DNA from: Podarcis tiliguerta
Lineage: Eukaryota
Assembly (NCBI GenBank): GCA_965153285.1
Contig: OZ229129.1
Direction: 5' to 3' (one strand)
DNA: 64,000 bases
Positions 37,136 to 50,472 of this stretch are shown one piece after another; position 1 is the first letter of the stretch, and each line of letters opens with the position of its first letter. The translations under genes were made by a program, and so were the position numbers. Below the pieces are notes generated by a model, which was given only the letters and a program-made list of their open reading frames with translations, did no database searches and was not told the origin of the DNA.

Positions 37136-37362
37136 AGAGTCCATGCAGCCTAGAGGTTAGAGTGCTGGGCTTGGACCTGGGAGAGCAGGGCTCAATTTCC
37201 CGCTCAGCCCTGAGACGCACTGGGTGATCTTGGGCTAGCCACTCCCTCTCAGCCTAACCGGCCTCACAGGATTGTTGTGAGGAGAAGATGGGGAGAAGGA
37301 GAAATATGGATGTCACCTTGAGCTGCTTGGAAGAAAAGAGGGATATAAATGCCATAAATAGA
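37136..37362 (+). mobile_element. near full-length tRNA-CORE SINE with L2 tail (Squam3/MIR-like)
   Basis: tRNA head (GGTTAGAGTG...GGGCTCAATTTCCC), CORE-like CTGGGTGATCTTGGGC.AG.CAC.CCCTCTCAGCC, tail GGGATATAAATG. Confidence 0.85.
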
Positions 37363-38394
37363 TTCATAACATACCAATCCATTTAATAATAAAGTTTTTA
37401 AAATGCTGGAGTGTGTGAAATAAAATGACCAACACTAAGCTGCCTATCTGTTTTGTGAGGATTTATTTCTACATATTATGAAGTGGAATTCTGCTTAGGT
37501 CCACTGAGTGTCAGTTGTTTGCTTTCCATAATGACTTGCAAGACAAAATAGGCAATGAGGAAAGAAGGGAGAGCAAAGTAAAAGCTTGGCCACTCCCTGG
37601 GATGACTGCAGTAGTGCCCCTGACCTACCCACCAGGGTTATTGTAAAAATGATTCAGAAAAATGTCTCATTACATACCCTGAACACTCAAAAAGCATTTA
37701 AAAAGTTAAAACCACTACTATGCTAAACAGAGCAGCACAATATACTCTTAATACTATTCACAAACATAGTGAATAGTGAAAACTCCAGCATAGCTGCATG
37801 TACACTACCAGGTTATGCAAAACATACATGGAGAGTCATCTGAGGATTGAATGTACCCAAATGAGACCTGCAGTCCACTTGAGCCTGGGGCTTTACTTCT
37901 TATTTGTCAGAAAACAAACAAATATTTTTCTACTCATCTCCAAGAGAACATTTATAATTGACCATTTGCTTCAACACAAAAGAGAAACACAACTCAAATC
38001 AAATGCTGCTGGAACAAGAATTTCCAGGAATTTGGAATCTTCTGGAGGTCAGCTTAAGATCAAATGCTACTTGTTACAAAGACACATCTCTCACATGCAA
38101 ATGTTCAATTGCAATGCCAGGTACTAATTAAAAGCTTTAATAAAGGCCAGCAGGGATTTAAAAACAAACAAACAAAACACCTACAGTACTGAAAAGAAAA
38201 GGAAGCCTTCCTTCCATCAATGCTAACACCAACCATACTTCAATACACAAAAGAAATAATTATTATGTATCCCACCTTTCTACTCAGTGAAAAATATCTT
38301 CACAAAACTTACATTAGGAGAGAAACACTATCCTGGGAAACAGAACTTGAAGATAGAAAGCAAGGGATACTTCTGAACCTAACCAGGCTCCACA

Positions 38395-38775
38395 GAAGTA
38401 ATGATGCAAGTCTTGTATAAACCTATCCATACATATAGATCCACAGAGCCCCAACATCAGGCACCCTTGTCTGTCTTCAGAAGGCACTGGGTTTTCAACA
38501 TACCTTCCCTAGATTTCCATGTCCTTCATACCAGGTAAAAAATGTTTCCCTGCACCGCCTGTCTTTTTACTCAGAGTGTCAATGTATATTGTGATTTACT
38601 GTTGCTGTTTTTAATCTAGTTTTTATTGCAGTTTTATCTGGATGCTTGTTTCTGCTGCTGGGCTATTCCAGTTTCATGAGAGTTATTTTAGTATGGATTC
38701 TGTGTTCTCCTTTTTTATTATTCTACAAGCCACTTTTAGGAGAGGTAGGGTATAGATTCATTTAATACAGTAAAT
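38395..38775 (+). mobile_element. L2 3' fragment
   Basis: Decayed ORF2 end and T-rich 3' UTR ending TACAAGCCACTTT...GGGTATAGATT. Confidence 0.45.
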
Positions 38776-41292
38776 GCATTTTTAAAAAGTAGAAAAGCAG
38801 CATCTTTCACTGCATTATTACTCGCACTGTATATTCCAGTATAGTCCATTGCCTTTGCAGTGTTATATAGCCATCATGCACAGTGCAGAGCATAGAAATC
38901 AAAGACAATCTTGAAAACACAAGAAACAAAAGTTTGCAGACTTGGAAATGAGTTGCTGAGCAGACATGTGCCAGGATACTGCCAGTTAAGCAGACCTTTG
39001 AATGAATAAGTGGAAAGAGTCAGAGGAAATCTTCAACTGGGGAGAATTATCTGTTTATGTCAAAGACTTCTCCATCTGTGAAAACATTTCTGTGGGACAC
39101 TTGAAGCACCAGCTGCAAGGATGGGCTGCGTTCACGCATCACACATCTCCACTGTTCTGTGACTTTCCCATTTAACTAGGACAGCCACAGGACAGTTCCA
39201 GTGTGTGCCAGGGGAATTGTGGAACAGCCCCACAGCTGCTAGTCACATGTAAGGGGAGATGTTAGAAAGTGACAGCTTGGCAGACCAGGAGGACCCTGGC
39301 CTCCTACCAGGAGTGGCCTTTGAGGCTCACTAGAGAATTTAAAGGCCCCATTCAGGGCTGCTATCTACCTAGCAGCTTTGTGGTTTTGCAGACCCTGCAC
39401 TAACTACTCTATCCTGAATCAGGCACTAAAGAAACTAAAACAGAATGGATGCTCAAGTATACTGGCAAGGGCAATGTTGACCCTATATCAAAACTGTAAG
39501 CACCCTCAAAATGTTAAAAACTGCATCCAGTAGAAAACCATTTAGAAACCCTTACCTGCATGCTACCATCCCCAGAGGTCTCCAACTAAGGTGCATGGAA
39601 GGCTGGTAGCTACTAAGTATTCCAAATAACCCCCTCCTCCAGTACTAACAGAAGACTTCCATCTCAGCTGCCACTTCATATCATTTATCTTCATACCACT
39701 TCATACCTCTCTTGTTGTCGTAGCTACACAGTGTCTGGCACTACCTGCTTGCTGCAGATGCTCTTGTAGACTGTTATCTATCCCTTCCAAATACCATTTG
39801 GGTTTACAAGAAACCTAGCCAGGAGGAGGGCTATTTCAGGCCCCTCACTCAATTTTTTACTCTTCACTTTTTAAAGGTAAATCTGTAGCCCATTTATGTG
39901 CAGAGAAACAAGAGATAAGTGTGCAGGCAGTTTACAACCCAACTGCTAATTATGTAACAATGCAATTAATTAAATTTTTTTTAAAAAAACTTATTATAAC
40001 AGGTATTTCTGTTCTGTTCTGTAAGGATTCTCTCTCTCCACTCTCTCAAAACGAGCATGTGTGCAACCCAGGCTCCTTACCCACAAACATGGGACTGGTT
40101 TATAATGGGGAGGATTGTGTTGGATAATAACACTGATGTACTGGCTGATGCAGACTCATCTTGTTAAGACATCAAAACAGGGCAGCCAAGAACCAGCAAC
40201 ATAAAAAAATGTAAGATGCAAATAGATTTTAAATAACTGAAGTTGGACAAATCAGAAGCTATGTCTCAGACATAGCTTTCTTGAAGGATCCTGTCAGCTT
40301 GTCTTCCATGTCTGCAACTTCAGAGTTACACAATCAAGTAAATTGCCCACAAAGATCCAGAGAATCATCCAGCAATGAAATACTTTCACTTCAGAGCCTG
40401 GTGTGTGAACCAGTTTGGCATAGCTTTGCTATGAATGGCTGGTTTGCAATGCCTAACATCAGTGCTATTTTTCTAAATTTGCTGGAACTCACCATGAACT
40501 CACCTTTGCTCTCTGGAAAAAACCCCAGCCTAATATGGGCAGCAAATTCCTATTACTATTGTAGGTGGTTAAAAGAATAAATTTTTAAAAATCAAGCTGA
40601 ATGTCCCCTGTTCATCTCCCAATCAAGTGAGGAATTGTTTTAAGGCACGTTTTTTTTTAAAAGAAAAGGTATTTACATGGTTTGGTTGGGTTGAGACTTA
40701 ATTCATTCCAGGGAAACAAACTCCCTGCTCACCTGTATAAACACTTCTACCACCTCACTTGACAGTGCTTATTATTAATAGGTGTAAGCAGTGCTAATTG
40801 GAGAATACTGGCAAACACATGACCCCTTCCCCTTTATTTTTTACTGCAGGGTTTGTAATATTACCCAATTAGACCAACTCCCATGATTCAAGCTGCATCA
40901 AACTCCAACTTGCAAATCTGCAGATGTTACAACCTGGCTGTAAATCTTGAGATGGCTCTCCAAAAGCTAAATATATTTTCAAAGGCACAAAAGGGAATAA
41001 AATTATATGTCTTAAATAATTCAGTTAACCTCTTCTCCCTCCCTCTTCCATGCTCCCATTTGCCTAAATCTAGTTAGGTCGCACCTTCTAAGTAATTCAT
41101 ACTATGGCTATACATACAAATGTCATATTAGAGCTCTTTATTAGCAGAATAAACATGCTCCACCTCTTTTAAGGTCATCAGGTGCAAATGCCCACATTTG
41201 CTATCTATTAAGAACATAAAATGAGTCATGCTGCATTATTTATTTTAAATAAATACATACATAAATATAAACAGTCACAGGGCAGCGGTCAT

Positions 41293-41800
41293 ATGAACAT
41301 AAGAGCAACAATGGTGAATCAGACCAAAAGGTCCATCTTGTCCAGGAATGGGGAACCAGTGACCCTTCAGATATTGTTGGACACCAATTCCCATTAGTCC
41401 CAGCCAGCACTGACAATGGTAATAAAGTATGTGGGAGTTGCTGTCCAACAACATCTGGAGGGTAGCTAGTTTTCCATCTCTGGTCTAGTCCAATATTCCT
41501 TTCCAACAGGGAGTGGCCATCCAGGCACCCCTCTCACCATCATCATTCTATGTTTTTGGGATTCAGAAACACACTGCTCTTGAACATGCAGGTTCCATTT
41601 AACTATATGGTTAAAATCTGCCAACAAACCAAGCCTCCATGGATTTCTCTAATTTCCTGATAAAAGGCAGATAAACTCAGTGGTCATTATTACCATATCT
41701 TGTGCCAGTGAATTCTATGCTAATAATAAAGGTTTCCTTTTGTCTGCCCAGGATCTATTGCCAATCACTTTCACTAGATGACTCAATTGTAGTATTGCGG
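41293..41800 (-). mobile_element. CR1 3' end with nested MITE
   Basis: GAACATAAGAGC...ATCAGACCAAAAGGTCCATCT terminus; homologous to 14128-14545. Confidence 0.7.
41343..41482. mobile_element. palindromic hAT-like MITE, 140 bp
   Basis: Inverted arms TCAGATATTGTTGGAC / GTCCAACAACATCTGG; degenerate 8-bp TSD ATCTTGTC / GTCTAGTC. Confidence 0.75.
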
Positions 41801-41871
41801 ACTAGTAAAGGGGGAAAAGTCCTCTGCTTCCTCAACAAAAGTTATTATCTACTTTCTCATTTCTCATGCCT

Positions 41872-42630
41872 TCATATAATCATAGCATCATAGAATTGGA
41901 AGGAACCCTAAGGTACATCTAGTCTAACGCCCTGCAATCTCTACTACGACAGATGGTAATCCAACCTCTACTTAAAAACCTCCAAGGAAGAAGAATCCAC
42001 CACCTTTCGAGGGAGTCTGTTTCACTGTCAAACAGCTCTTACTGTCAGAAAGTTCTTTACAATGTTTAGTTGTAATCTGCTTTCATGTACCTCGAAGACA
42101 TTGGTGGGGGTCCTATGGAAGAAAACAAGCTTGCTCCTTCTTCAATGTGACAACTCTTTAGATATTTGAAGATGGCTATCATGTCTCCTCTCAGTCTCCT
42201 CTTATCCAGGCTATACATACCTAACTCCCTCAACCATTCCTCATAATTGTTTGGTTTCCAGACCCTTGATCATTTTGGTTGCCCTCCTTTGCACACGTTC
42301 CTGCTTGTCAACATTCTTCTTAAATTGCGATGCCCAGAACTGGACACAGTACTCCAGACAGAATAGAATGGTACTATTACTTCCCTTGACCGAGACTGTG
42401 CTTCTGTTGATGCAGTCTGGAATAGCACTAGCTATTTTGCTGCTATATCACACTGTTGACTCATGTTAAGCTTGTGGTCTACTAAGACCTCCTAGATCCT
42501 TTTCACATATGTTACTGGTATCCCCCATCTTATATTTGTGCATCTGGTTCTTCCTGCCTAAGTGTAGACATTTTTCCCTACTGAAATTTATTTGGTTAGT
42601 TTGGGCCCTGTTCTCCAATCTCTTAAGCCA
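41872..42630 (-). mobile_element. CR1 LINE 3' portion
   Basis: (ATCATAG)n terminus; minus frames LENRAQTNQINFSREKC and [15 protein letters not shown]; same subfamily as 30612. Confidence 0.9.
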
Positions 42631-43031
42631 CTGTGGCAATGGCTGCTCTTCCCAGTTCATTTTATTTTAAAAATAAAATAAAATGAGGTAATATCCTCAG
42701 CATCTGTTACCAGAAATGATGTGAGCCCTTACACTCGATGAACCCCCCCCCCCTCCTTGTTGTATGGACTTTAGAACTGTAACATGGTAATTTGTTGGGA
42801 CTGTGATTCTTACCCACAAGTCCTTGGATAGTGCTAGGTCCTCTTCAAGCAGTCTCCTGTATGTCCTGAGCCTAGGGTGCAACTGGAGGGATCACTGCTA
42901 GGTGTGCTTTGTTTATGGTTTGTAAGTTCGCTGAGCAATGGGATTTTTTAAAAAAGCAGTGGCAGTGGTCAGACTGCCACCTCTGAGAATTCAGGTTACA
43001 GTGCATTTACAGCACCAATGAGCTGTTCTCA

Positions 43032-43079
<48 letters not shown>
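43032..43079. repeat. compound (TC)n(AC)n microsatellite
   Basis: Directly visible. Confidence 0.95.
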
Positions 43080-43299
43080 TTAATTTTCAGCATGCTATAA
43101 CAGTCTTACTTTCAAAACCAGTAATTTTCACACTCCAAAATCACAGTATTTACTAGCAGAGTTGTAAGATACAGCAACACGGCCAATGAACTGGGTATTT
43201 AACCAGCCAAAGAGGAATAATTTACAGGATATGTAGCAAAACAAAGTACAAAGGGAACACTTTTTAAAAAAATAGGTACAGTTGTATAGCTCAAAAAAA

Positions 43300-43870
43300 C
43301 CAGGTACAGTTAACTATAATTTCATTCCACCCCACCCCCCATTATAGGTAAAATGATACAAAGCAGAAGCTGACGATAAATTTTTCCTTTCAGTTTTAAT
43401 CAGGCTTCCTGTTGTACAAGCGCAGCAGACAGTGACGCGAGACGCTGCCTCCCAACTTCGGTTCACCTTTGCAGTTCCACNNNNNNNNNNNNNNNNNNNN
43501 NNNNNNNNNNNNNNNNNNNNNNNNNNNNNNNNNNNNNNNNNNNNNNNNNNNNNNNNNNNNNNNNNNNNNNNNNNNNNNNNNNNNNNNNNNNNNNNNNNNN
43601 NNNNNNNNNNNNNNNNNNNNGCCAGGCACCTGGGGCCTGGCTGCTGAGGCGCCACAAGAGCACCAAGACAGTCTTCAACTCAATCACAAGGTTTTAACCC
43701 TCCAATTATAATCTTATTAACAAGCCACCATCACTCCAGCTTCTGATTTCCCTCTGTCACTATGACTGCAAAATGTATTTCTGTTGCTGCACCTTAATTT
43801 TACATTAAGGAGGAGGAAAAACTTTTAATATGAATCTGAGCAATAAAGCAAGTGGTTTGATTTCACAGTA
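43300..43870. promoter_or_regulatory. candidate conserved element around N run 43481-43620
   Basis: CpG-rich, repeat-free flanks with GATAA, TAAT and CACCTG motifs. Confidence 0.45.
43481..43620. other. N run, 140 nt
   Basis: Directly visible. Confidence 0.99.
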
Positions 43871-44209
43871 ATGATGGCTGGGACCTAGAAAGAGTGGAGT
43901 TGGAGAACAAGAGAGAGAACTTAAAGGTTTGGGGTTCCTAAACAAAATAACTCATAACAAGTTGAAACTACAATATCTGAATTCTATGAGACATATTCAA
44001 ATTAGTTTAAAATCCTCTATCTGCAAAGTGAGGTGTTTGTTATTTCCTTAGTTTGGTTAATGTTGTTTCCAGAATTAGTTTTAGTAGAGTTTGGAGGCAG
44101 GCCAACAAGTAAGAGGGCAACTGATAAGAAGGTCTTCTGAATAAATCCTTCCTCCTTGACCATTAGGTATCACAAAGAGTTTCTGAGTTAACCTGACATC
44201 AAGTGGAGC

Positions 44210-44415
44210 AAAGGAAGCGGCCTTATGCCTGACCAAACCAATGGTCCATCTAGGTCAGTATTGGCCATGCTTGCTGGGACTGCCTGCCTAGACTAACTGG
44301 CAGAGACTGCAGAATTTCAGACAAGACTCTCTCCCAGCCCTACCTGGAAAAGCAGAGGACTGAACCTGACACTTTCTGTATGTAAAGCACATGCCTCATC
44401 ACTAAGCTGTTATAG
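44210..44415 (-). mobile_element. tRNA-derived SINE (Squam2-like), decayed
   Basis: Reverse-complement homology to 61310-61457. Confidence 0.65.
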
Positions 44416-44479
44416 CTGTTCCCCTTAAGTCTCATTCAGTGCCAGGAACGTGTATTCAATTTTTAAAACAAATGCTGAT

Positions 44480-44860
44480 GTTTTGAAGGTTGCTGTTGAT
44501 TCCACCAAATGTTGCAGGCTGACTCCGGGCCAAACTGGCTAGCAACAATGTATCTGCTGGTTAAAATTAACCTTATATAAAAAGATTTCATTCGCTTTTT
44601 CTCACGACAGAAAAGGTACATACAGGTATTGACACAGGCTAGAAGCACCTTGAGGAGAGATGGAGTAAAAAATGATTTAAGAAATAATAATAAAAAATAC
44701 AGTATCTAATTGCTAATGCAAATTTGAACTTTGAGCAATAAAGAGGGGTTGTCCCTTCAAAGAAACAGCTAACACCTTTTGATGCTATAATGAGCTTAGT
44801 CTGCCAGGCTGCCGCAAGTAGAAACTTGGCAGTCTGGGGAAATATGGGTTCAGGTGACAC
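44480..44860. promoter_or_regulatory. candidate enhancer with homeodomain/octamer module
   Basis: CTAATTGCTAATGCAAAT (TAATTG plus octamer at 44716-44723), CTTCAAAG/CTTTTGAT TCF-like sites; no repeats. Confidence 0.4.
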
Positions 44861-44971
44861 TTCTTACACAGAATCCTAGTGTTGCCTAGGGCAAGTATCT
44901 TTCAAGCCCAGTTTCACCCATACATAAAAGTGGAGGAATATTGACCAGCTTTATAAAAGATGAGGGCAAAA

Positions 44972-46710
44972 ACAATCAAGGATCAGGTACACAGTCTGGG
45001 ATTGCTTCTGGATCCAGCTATGTCACTGGAGACCCAGGCAGCCTCAGTCGCTAGAAGCACCATTTATCAGCTGTGCATGGTACAACAGCTAGGACCATTC
45101 CTGGACAAGGGGAGCTTGAACACAGAAGTTCAGTTCAGGCGTTGGCGACTTAAAGACTGAATTATTGCAGTGTTTACCATGTGGGGATTGTCTTGGGCTT
45201 CATCTGGAAACTGCAGGTAGTGCAGAATTTTAAAGCCTGGTTGCTGAGAGGAGTGAGGTCCTGTCAGCACATAACACTTCTGCTCAGAGATCTGCACTGG
45301 TTGCCGATTTGTTACGAAGCCAAGTTTGAAGATGTTACTATTGGTATATAAAGCCCTTAACAGCATGGGACTAGCTTACTTATAGGATCATCTTACAGTA
45401 TATGTGCCCACTTGACCACTTTAATCTGCAGAACTGGCATTGTACAGACACCACACAATACTTGTTCTACACTTGTAAGAAATCAATTTTTAGTATGAGA
45501 GCAACTACAGTTTGGAACTCCCTGCACAATCACCAACTCCTATGGGCCACAGTGTCTTTGGCCCCCTTTATATTGTTTAGCAGGAGCTCAGGCCCCCTCA
45601 CCCAATATTGAAGGGGTGGAGGAGCCCAAGCATCTGGCCAGCACCGCCACTACCTCCTCCTCCCACCCCTGCTGCCACGAGGCTCTCAGCATAAACAGCT
45701 ACAGCGATCACAACTTGGGTGGGTCCATAAGTGGCAAGCCCTCTTGCCGCTATGGAGCCCTGCTGCAGCACTCTGTTGCCATTGACATTTCTCCCATCAC
45801 TGCCACTCACTGTAGCTGCTGTGGCCGACATGGCAGCGTCTCCCACTCTGGCCACGCCAGCCTCAGTCATGCTGCAGCCCAGCTGGCAGGAGGCTTGCCT
45901 GGTCCACCACCAGGCTCAGTGGGCTGGGCTAGGTGCTTAGCCTTCTCCCAGCTTCATGTGCGTGATGTCATAGGTGGAGTGTGACACTGACCCCCATCAT
46001 GTTGGGCCCAAGGCCACACCTCTGTCAGGCAGGCACCTTCAACGTACAGGAATTCCCCGACTTACACTAGGGTTATGTTACGGGGCCCTGCGTGCATAAG
46101 CAAAAATTAGGTAACTGGGGAGCACCTGTTAAGAAGCCTCTACATGCCTGGTTTTTTTCCTGTTCTCCAGCTCTCTCTCCACATCACCCTCTCTTCTATT
46201 AGCTTTGAAGCTCTGGGGCCAGTTGGAGCCTAGAGGACATGTGGTAAAGCAGCAGTGTGCTACCTCGCACGTCAGCTGTTAGGCAGGGAGGCTGAGCAGT
46301 TTCTTTGGGGCTTTCCCCACCCTCAGTGAAGTTCTCTTTGGGCTTCAAGGAGGGTTTCCTTGCAAGCCATGAGGACTCTCCTGCTTTCTCCCACCATTTC
46401 CTCATTTGATTCTATTTATTTATTTCACAGCACTGCATGTAAGTGGTTGTGTGTGAGTCAATCATGCATAAGTTGGGGGGATGCCTGTATTCCTTTCGGC
46501 ACTTGCTTAAAACATTCTTGTTTAGTGAAGCCTATCCAGACATGTAGATGCTGACTTGTTTTATTTTTATTTTTGGTTTATGGCTGGTCATTTTTAAAAA
46601 TGCTTTCAATTGCTTTTTTAACATTTTTCATTAATAATTAATATTTCTTGTAAACTGGTTAGAGGTTTCACTACAATCAAGTAGTATATAAATTTTGTTA
46701 AATAAAATCA
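44972..46710 (+). mobile_element. L2 LINE 3' portion interrupted by GC-rich insertions (about 45530-46465)
   Basis: KDQVHSLGLLLDPAMSLETQAASVARS, LRDLHWLPICYEAKFEDV and VWNSL motifs; 3' tail resumes at about 46470. Confidence 0.85.
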
Positions 46711-47521
46711 AAAGGAGTACAATAATTATTATTATGAGTTTTTTGTTTTTTTTAAAAAAGCAAGTATGTCCAAGTGAGAATTATGTTCATACCATGCCTC
46801 ACAAGATTAAGCAAATCAATCTTTCTCCATGGTTAAATAAGAATGACATATAATGCACAGACACCCAATCTTCCAAGAGCCAGCAACTTTCATGTGGCTA
46901 GGAAATAAGCTCCAAACCATGCTTCCAACTACAGGAGAAAAGGGAGAAAGCAAAATCCAGTATTAAAAAAATAAATAAGAGCCTAATTAGTTTGATAGCA
47001 GTCATAGTCGCAGCACTATTAATGCTAATGAGCTGCGGGGAAGACAGAACCAAAGGAAACCATGTATAGGAAAGGCAGCGTTTAACCTAGAAACCTAATA
47101 AAGTTGCACCTCTAGCACAGGGAGTATTTGTAGCTCAGCTCCAACATCAGTGTTTGGTCTAGAGGGATTTCTTTTCCCTCAAACAACCTGTCTGTCTCCC
47201 TTCTCTTCTGATAAAAAACTCCCAGCTCCAATCAAAACATCTCTCAAGGGATTGCCCTACAGCTCCATGAAGCTCCATGTGGTTTTTGATATCAGGCATT
47301 ATCTCATTGATCAAGTGCAGCAAAAAGCAAAGCTGCTGCTTAGCCTAGAACAAAGAGGGAGACCCAGGTTGCTGGGTTTCCTCTATCACATCAAAAAGGG
47401 CTAAGAGTCTTTTAGCCTGAAAAGCAAGCAGGCTGCTGGCTAGAAATATACAATGCAACCATCACCTTTACCTTCAAACTTGGCACAAGTCAATAACATT
47501 TTATTTACAGTTATTTACTTA

Positions 47522-47658
47522 CATGGGCATAGCCAGGATTTGGGGGGGGGGGGCAGAACTAAGCTATGTGAGCAATTAGTCAGTTAGTTAAGTATTTTTA
47601 TTTATTTACTTACTTGATTGGGGGGGGGGGGCAGCTGCCTCCCATAGGTCCGCTCATG
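47522..47658. mobile_element. short MITE with poly-G tracts
   Basis: Imperfect TIR CATGGGCATAGCC / GGTCCGCTCATG; imperfect 8-bp TSD TTTACTTA / TTTATATA. Confidence 0.6.
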
Positions 47659-50304
47659 TTTATATACCATTGCTTTGCATGGCTCTTTGCAAGCAACACA
47701 AGAAACAACAGGCATGTCTCTGCCTCTAGGAGCTAAATTCCAGCTATTAGAAAGGCAATGGGACAAAGGGAAGAGAGAGGCAGAAATAACATGATTCATG
47801 AAGACATGGTTAACTGGCAAAGAGCTAAATGGGAGGGAAAGGGGAGGCAGCATCACATGGTTGTTCAGGGAGGAGGGTCCATTTTTTTCTATGGAACTCT
47901 CTCTGCAGGGAGGCTCTCCTGAGTCCGGTTGCTAACCCTGCCATCTTTTCAACACAAGGCAAATACCATTTTTACATTATCCCAGCTCCCCCCCCCCCCC
48001 ACTTCTACTGATTTTAATTGCTGCCCATTGCTATTTCATGACCTTTTGAAAATGTATGTCTGTGTGTTGCCATTTCAATTCTATAAACTGGAATCTTAAA
48101 AATATTGGCTAGTACAGAATCTAATAAATATTTATATTATTTTAACTGCTGTTTTAATATTGTTTCATTGAAATGGTATATTATATAGAAATAATATTTT
48201 CATCTTGCATAAGCTGAGTGGGGAAGACTTTTTGCTGAATTCAAAGAAAAAATATTAAATTATCAAAATCCTTCCTCCAAAGCATAAGCAGATGTGTTTG
48301 GGTCAAAATGTGACTCAGTACTGCCAGTTTTGGTGGCAGGGCACAGATGTAAGGATAAACTGGCCAGTTCCTGCTATTTCTTCCCTAGGTTTATACCAAA
48401 TTTATATCTAGACTTGCATTTAAAAATAATACCTGTAAAATGTGATTGCTAGTACAGAATGCATTAATGAACATTGCCAGATAGCACATAAATGATAAAC
48501 CGCTAAGGTTTCTGCTATCTTTATTGGCCACTCGTGGCACAAGCTTCTGGCTAGCCCACATAAACCATTCTGGAAAGGCTGTGCTGCTCTCCTGTCAGGA
48601 GAGGAAGGATTCTTCTGATTATTAGAGACTTTGGGTTTTGAAATCAGAAACTTTGTGGCCCAAGACTAGGACCTAACTTAGTGAGCTAAATGAAAGTGTG
48701 TGCAATCAGGCCTTACGGCCACAGAATTACTGACTGTGCAAATCAACCACTGGCTTTTCTTAACATGAAGGACTGCAAAGGTATCTTATTCAGGCTGGGG
48801 CCTTACCTGAGCAGTAAAGATATTTCTACCTTTCACTCTTGCTTTATTCTAGTTCTAATCTACCTATGTTGTTCATTCCCCCTGCCTCCAGCTCTGATCC
48901 ATAAGTCAAAAAGACACCCCATTTCTGACCTCTGGTTATCATTCAATGGCTGCCTATGGGGCAGCTGACACAAGTAAACAATATGCACAAGTCACTATAA
49001 GCTAGCTCTCACATTCTTATTATTTAGAAGTACTTGTCAATATTCAGTTCTTTACTCACCTTTGCAGTGGCTATGGTTAAACATCACTGGATAGGAGCAT
49101 TGCTGGGAGTAGAGTTCCTTCAAACTCTCAGAACAAACTATTTAAGTAATTTTCTTCCTCCATACCAGTTCCCAATTGCTGACAACATTAAACAGATTGT
49201 GGAAAACTCTTCAAGTGTTTCACACAATGAGGGAGTGAGGGCTTAGAGAGATGAATCCCATGCAAGGCCCACAAGGAGAGAGAACATAAACATGGAAGTA
49301 GGAAGCATTTATTGACTAAGTTGGGAAGACAAGAGTCCTAAATGTAGAACAGCTTCATAGGTGAGCCAAGTGAGGCAGAAACATCAAGATCATTCAAGAA
49401 ACTATTAGATACCATCATGTGGGGAAACAAGAGTACTTAAAAAGGGAATGCACCCTGATGCTTCAATGGGCTTTTACTCAATGGAAAACTACATTTCTTA
49501 CAGCCTCATGCACATTTCCTAGACTCTTTTCCAGGGCTGGGCAGTGAGACGTGAAGAACCTTCACAGGTTACTAATATTCTAAAGAGCAAACAGCCCCAC
49601 TGACAGCAGAACTGGGAGCTAGAAGGCTCCCATTTTAACCTCAACTGGAGGGCAAACAGCAGTCCTCTGCCTCTCCAGCTCTACCTTCTTCCACCCAACT
49701 GTGCCAAAGATAAGTGCTTAATGTGTTAGCCAGAAGGACTGAATTCTTTTTATCAGGTATTCTAATTACAGCTCTTAAGTAGACCTGCTGTGGTTGAAGA
49801 AAAAGCAGCCTGAACATGTTCAGAGGTACTTCTCTTCAGCCAGCTTGCAGCAGTAAGGGATAAAAATAAAAGGTAAGGCTATCACAGCTAAGGAAATCAA
49901 AACAGACTTCAGATTCAGATTAAACCTTTTATTGCTATGTTCCTTTATAACACGTGAAAAGAAGAACCAGGTGAGAGCATGAGAGAGACTGTGAATTCCA
50001 CTAACAGGTTGAGCACATCCTTCCTAGCGCTTTGCCCATTAGTTAATGGTCTGTTCCAGCAGCTCTTCAAGACCAACTACAGGGTTTCAAAAATCACACA
50101 CGAATCACTGAAAAGTGTCCTGTCACAACTGGTAAGCTGCTTTCTCTGCAGCAGCAACTCTTAAAGGCACCAACTGCCAATAGGCTTTCCTTCCAAAAGC
50201 TGTAGAGTTATTTCATTTCTGCCATTTATTCATATTATATTATTTCATGTTTATCATGCTTTTATTTAGTTTGTTTTCAGATGCCATGTGAATCCATGTC
50301 CTTA

Positions 50305-50472
50305 GAAGCCAACTCCTATGGGCCGAGGTCCCTTTGCCCCCCCCAATAAAATATATGAGAAGGTGCCCCCCCCCCCAGGTTGAACTGCCATTCAAATGGT
50401 GGGCGGGCATCCTGTGATTGATTATACAGGGTGGGGCTTACCTGGGCTCCCCTACATTTTATTCAAGTTGTT
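50305..50472. mobile_element. MITE fragment
   Basis: GCCAACTCCTATGGGCC start shared with 45533; ends ATTTTATTCAAGTTG. Confidence 0.55.

Noticed and set aside
49054-49180. Perfect minus-strand donor AAG|GTGAGT at 49060 with a possible acceptor near 49179
   Set aside because: All three frames contain stops; no support for a coding exon (a non-coding exon cannot be excluded).
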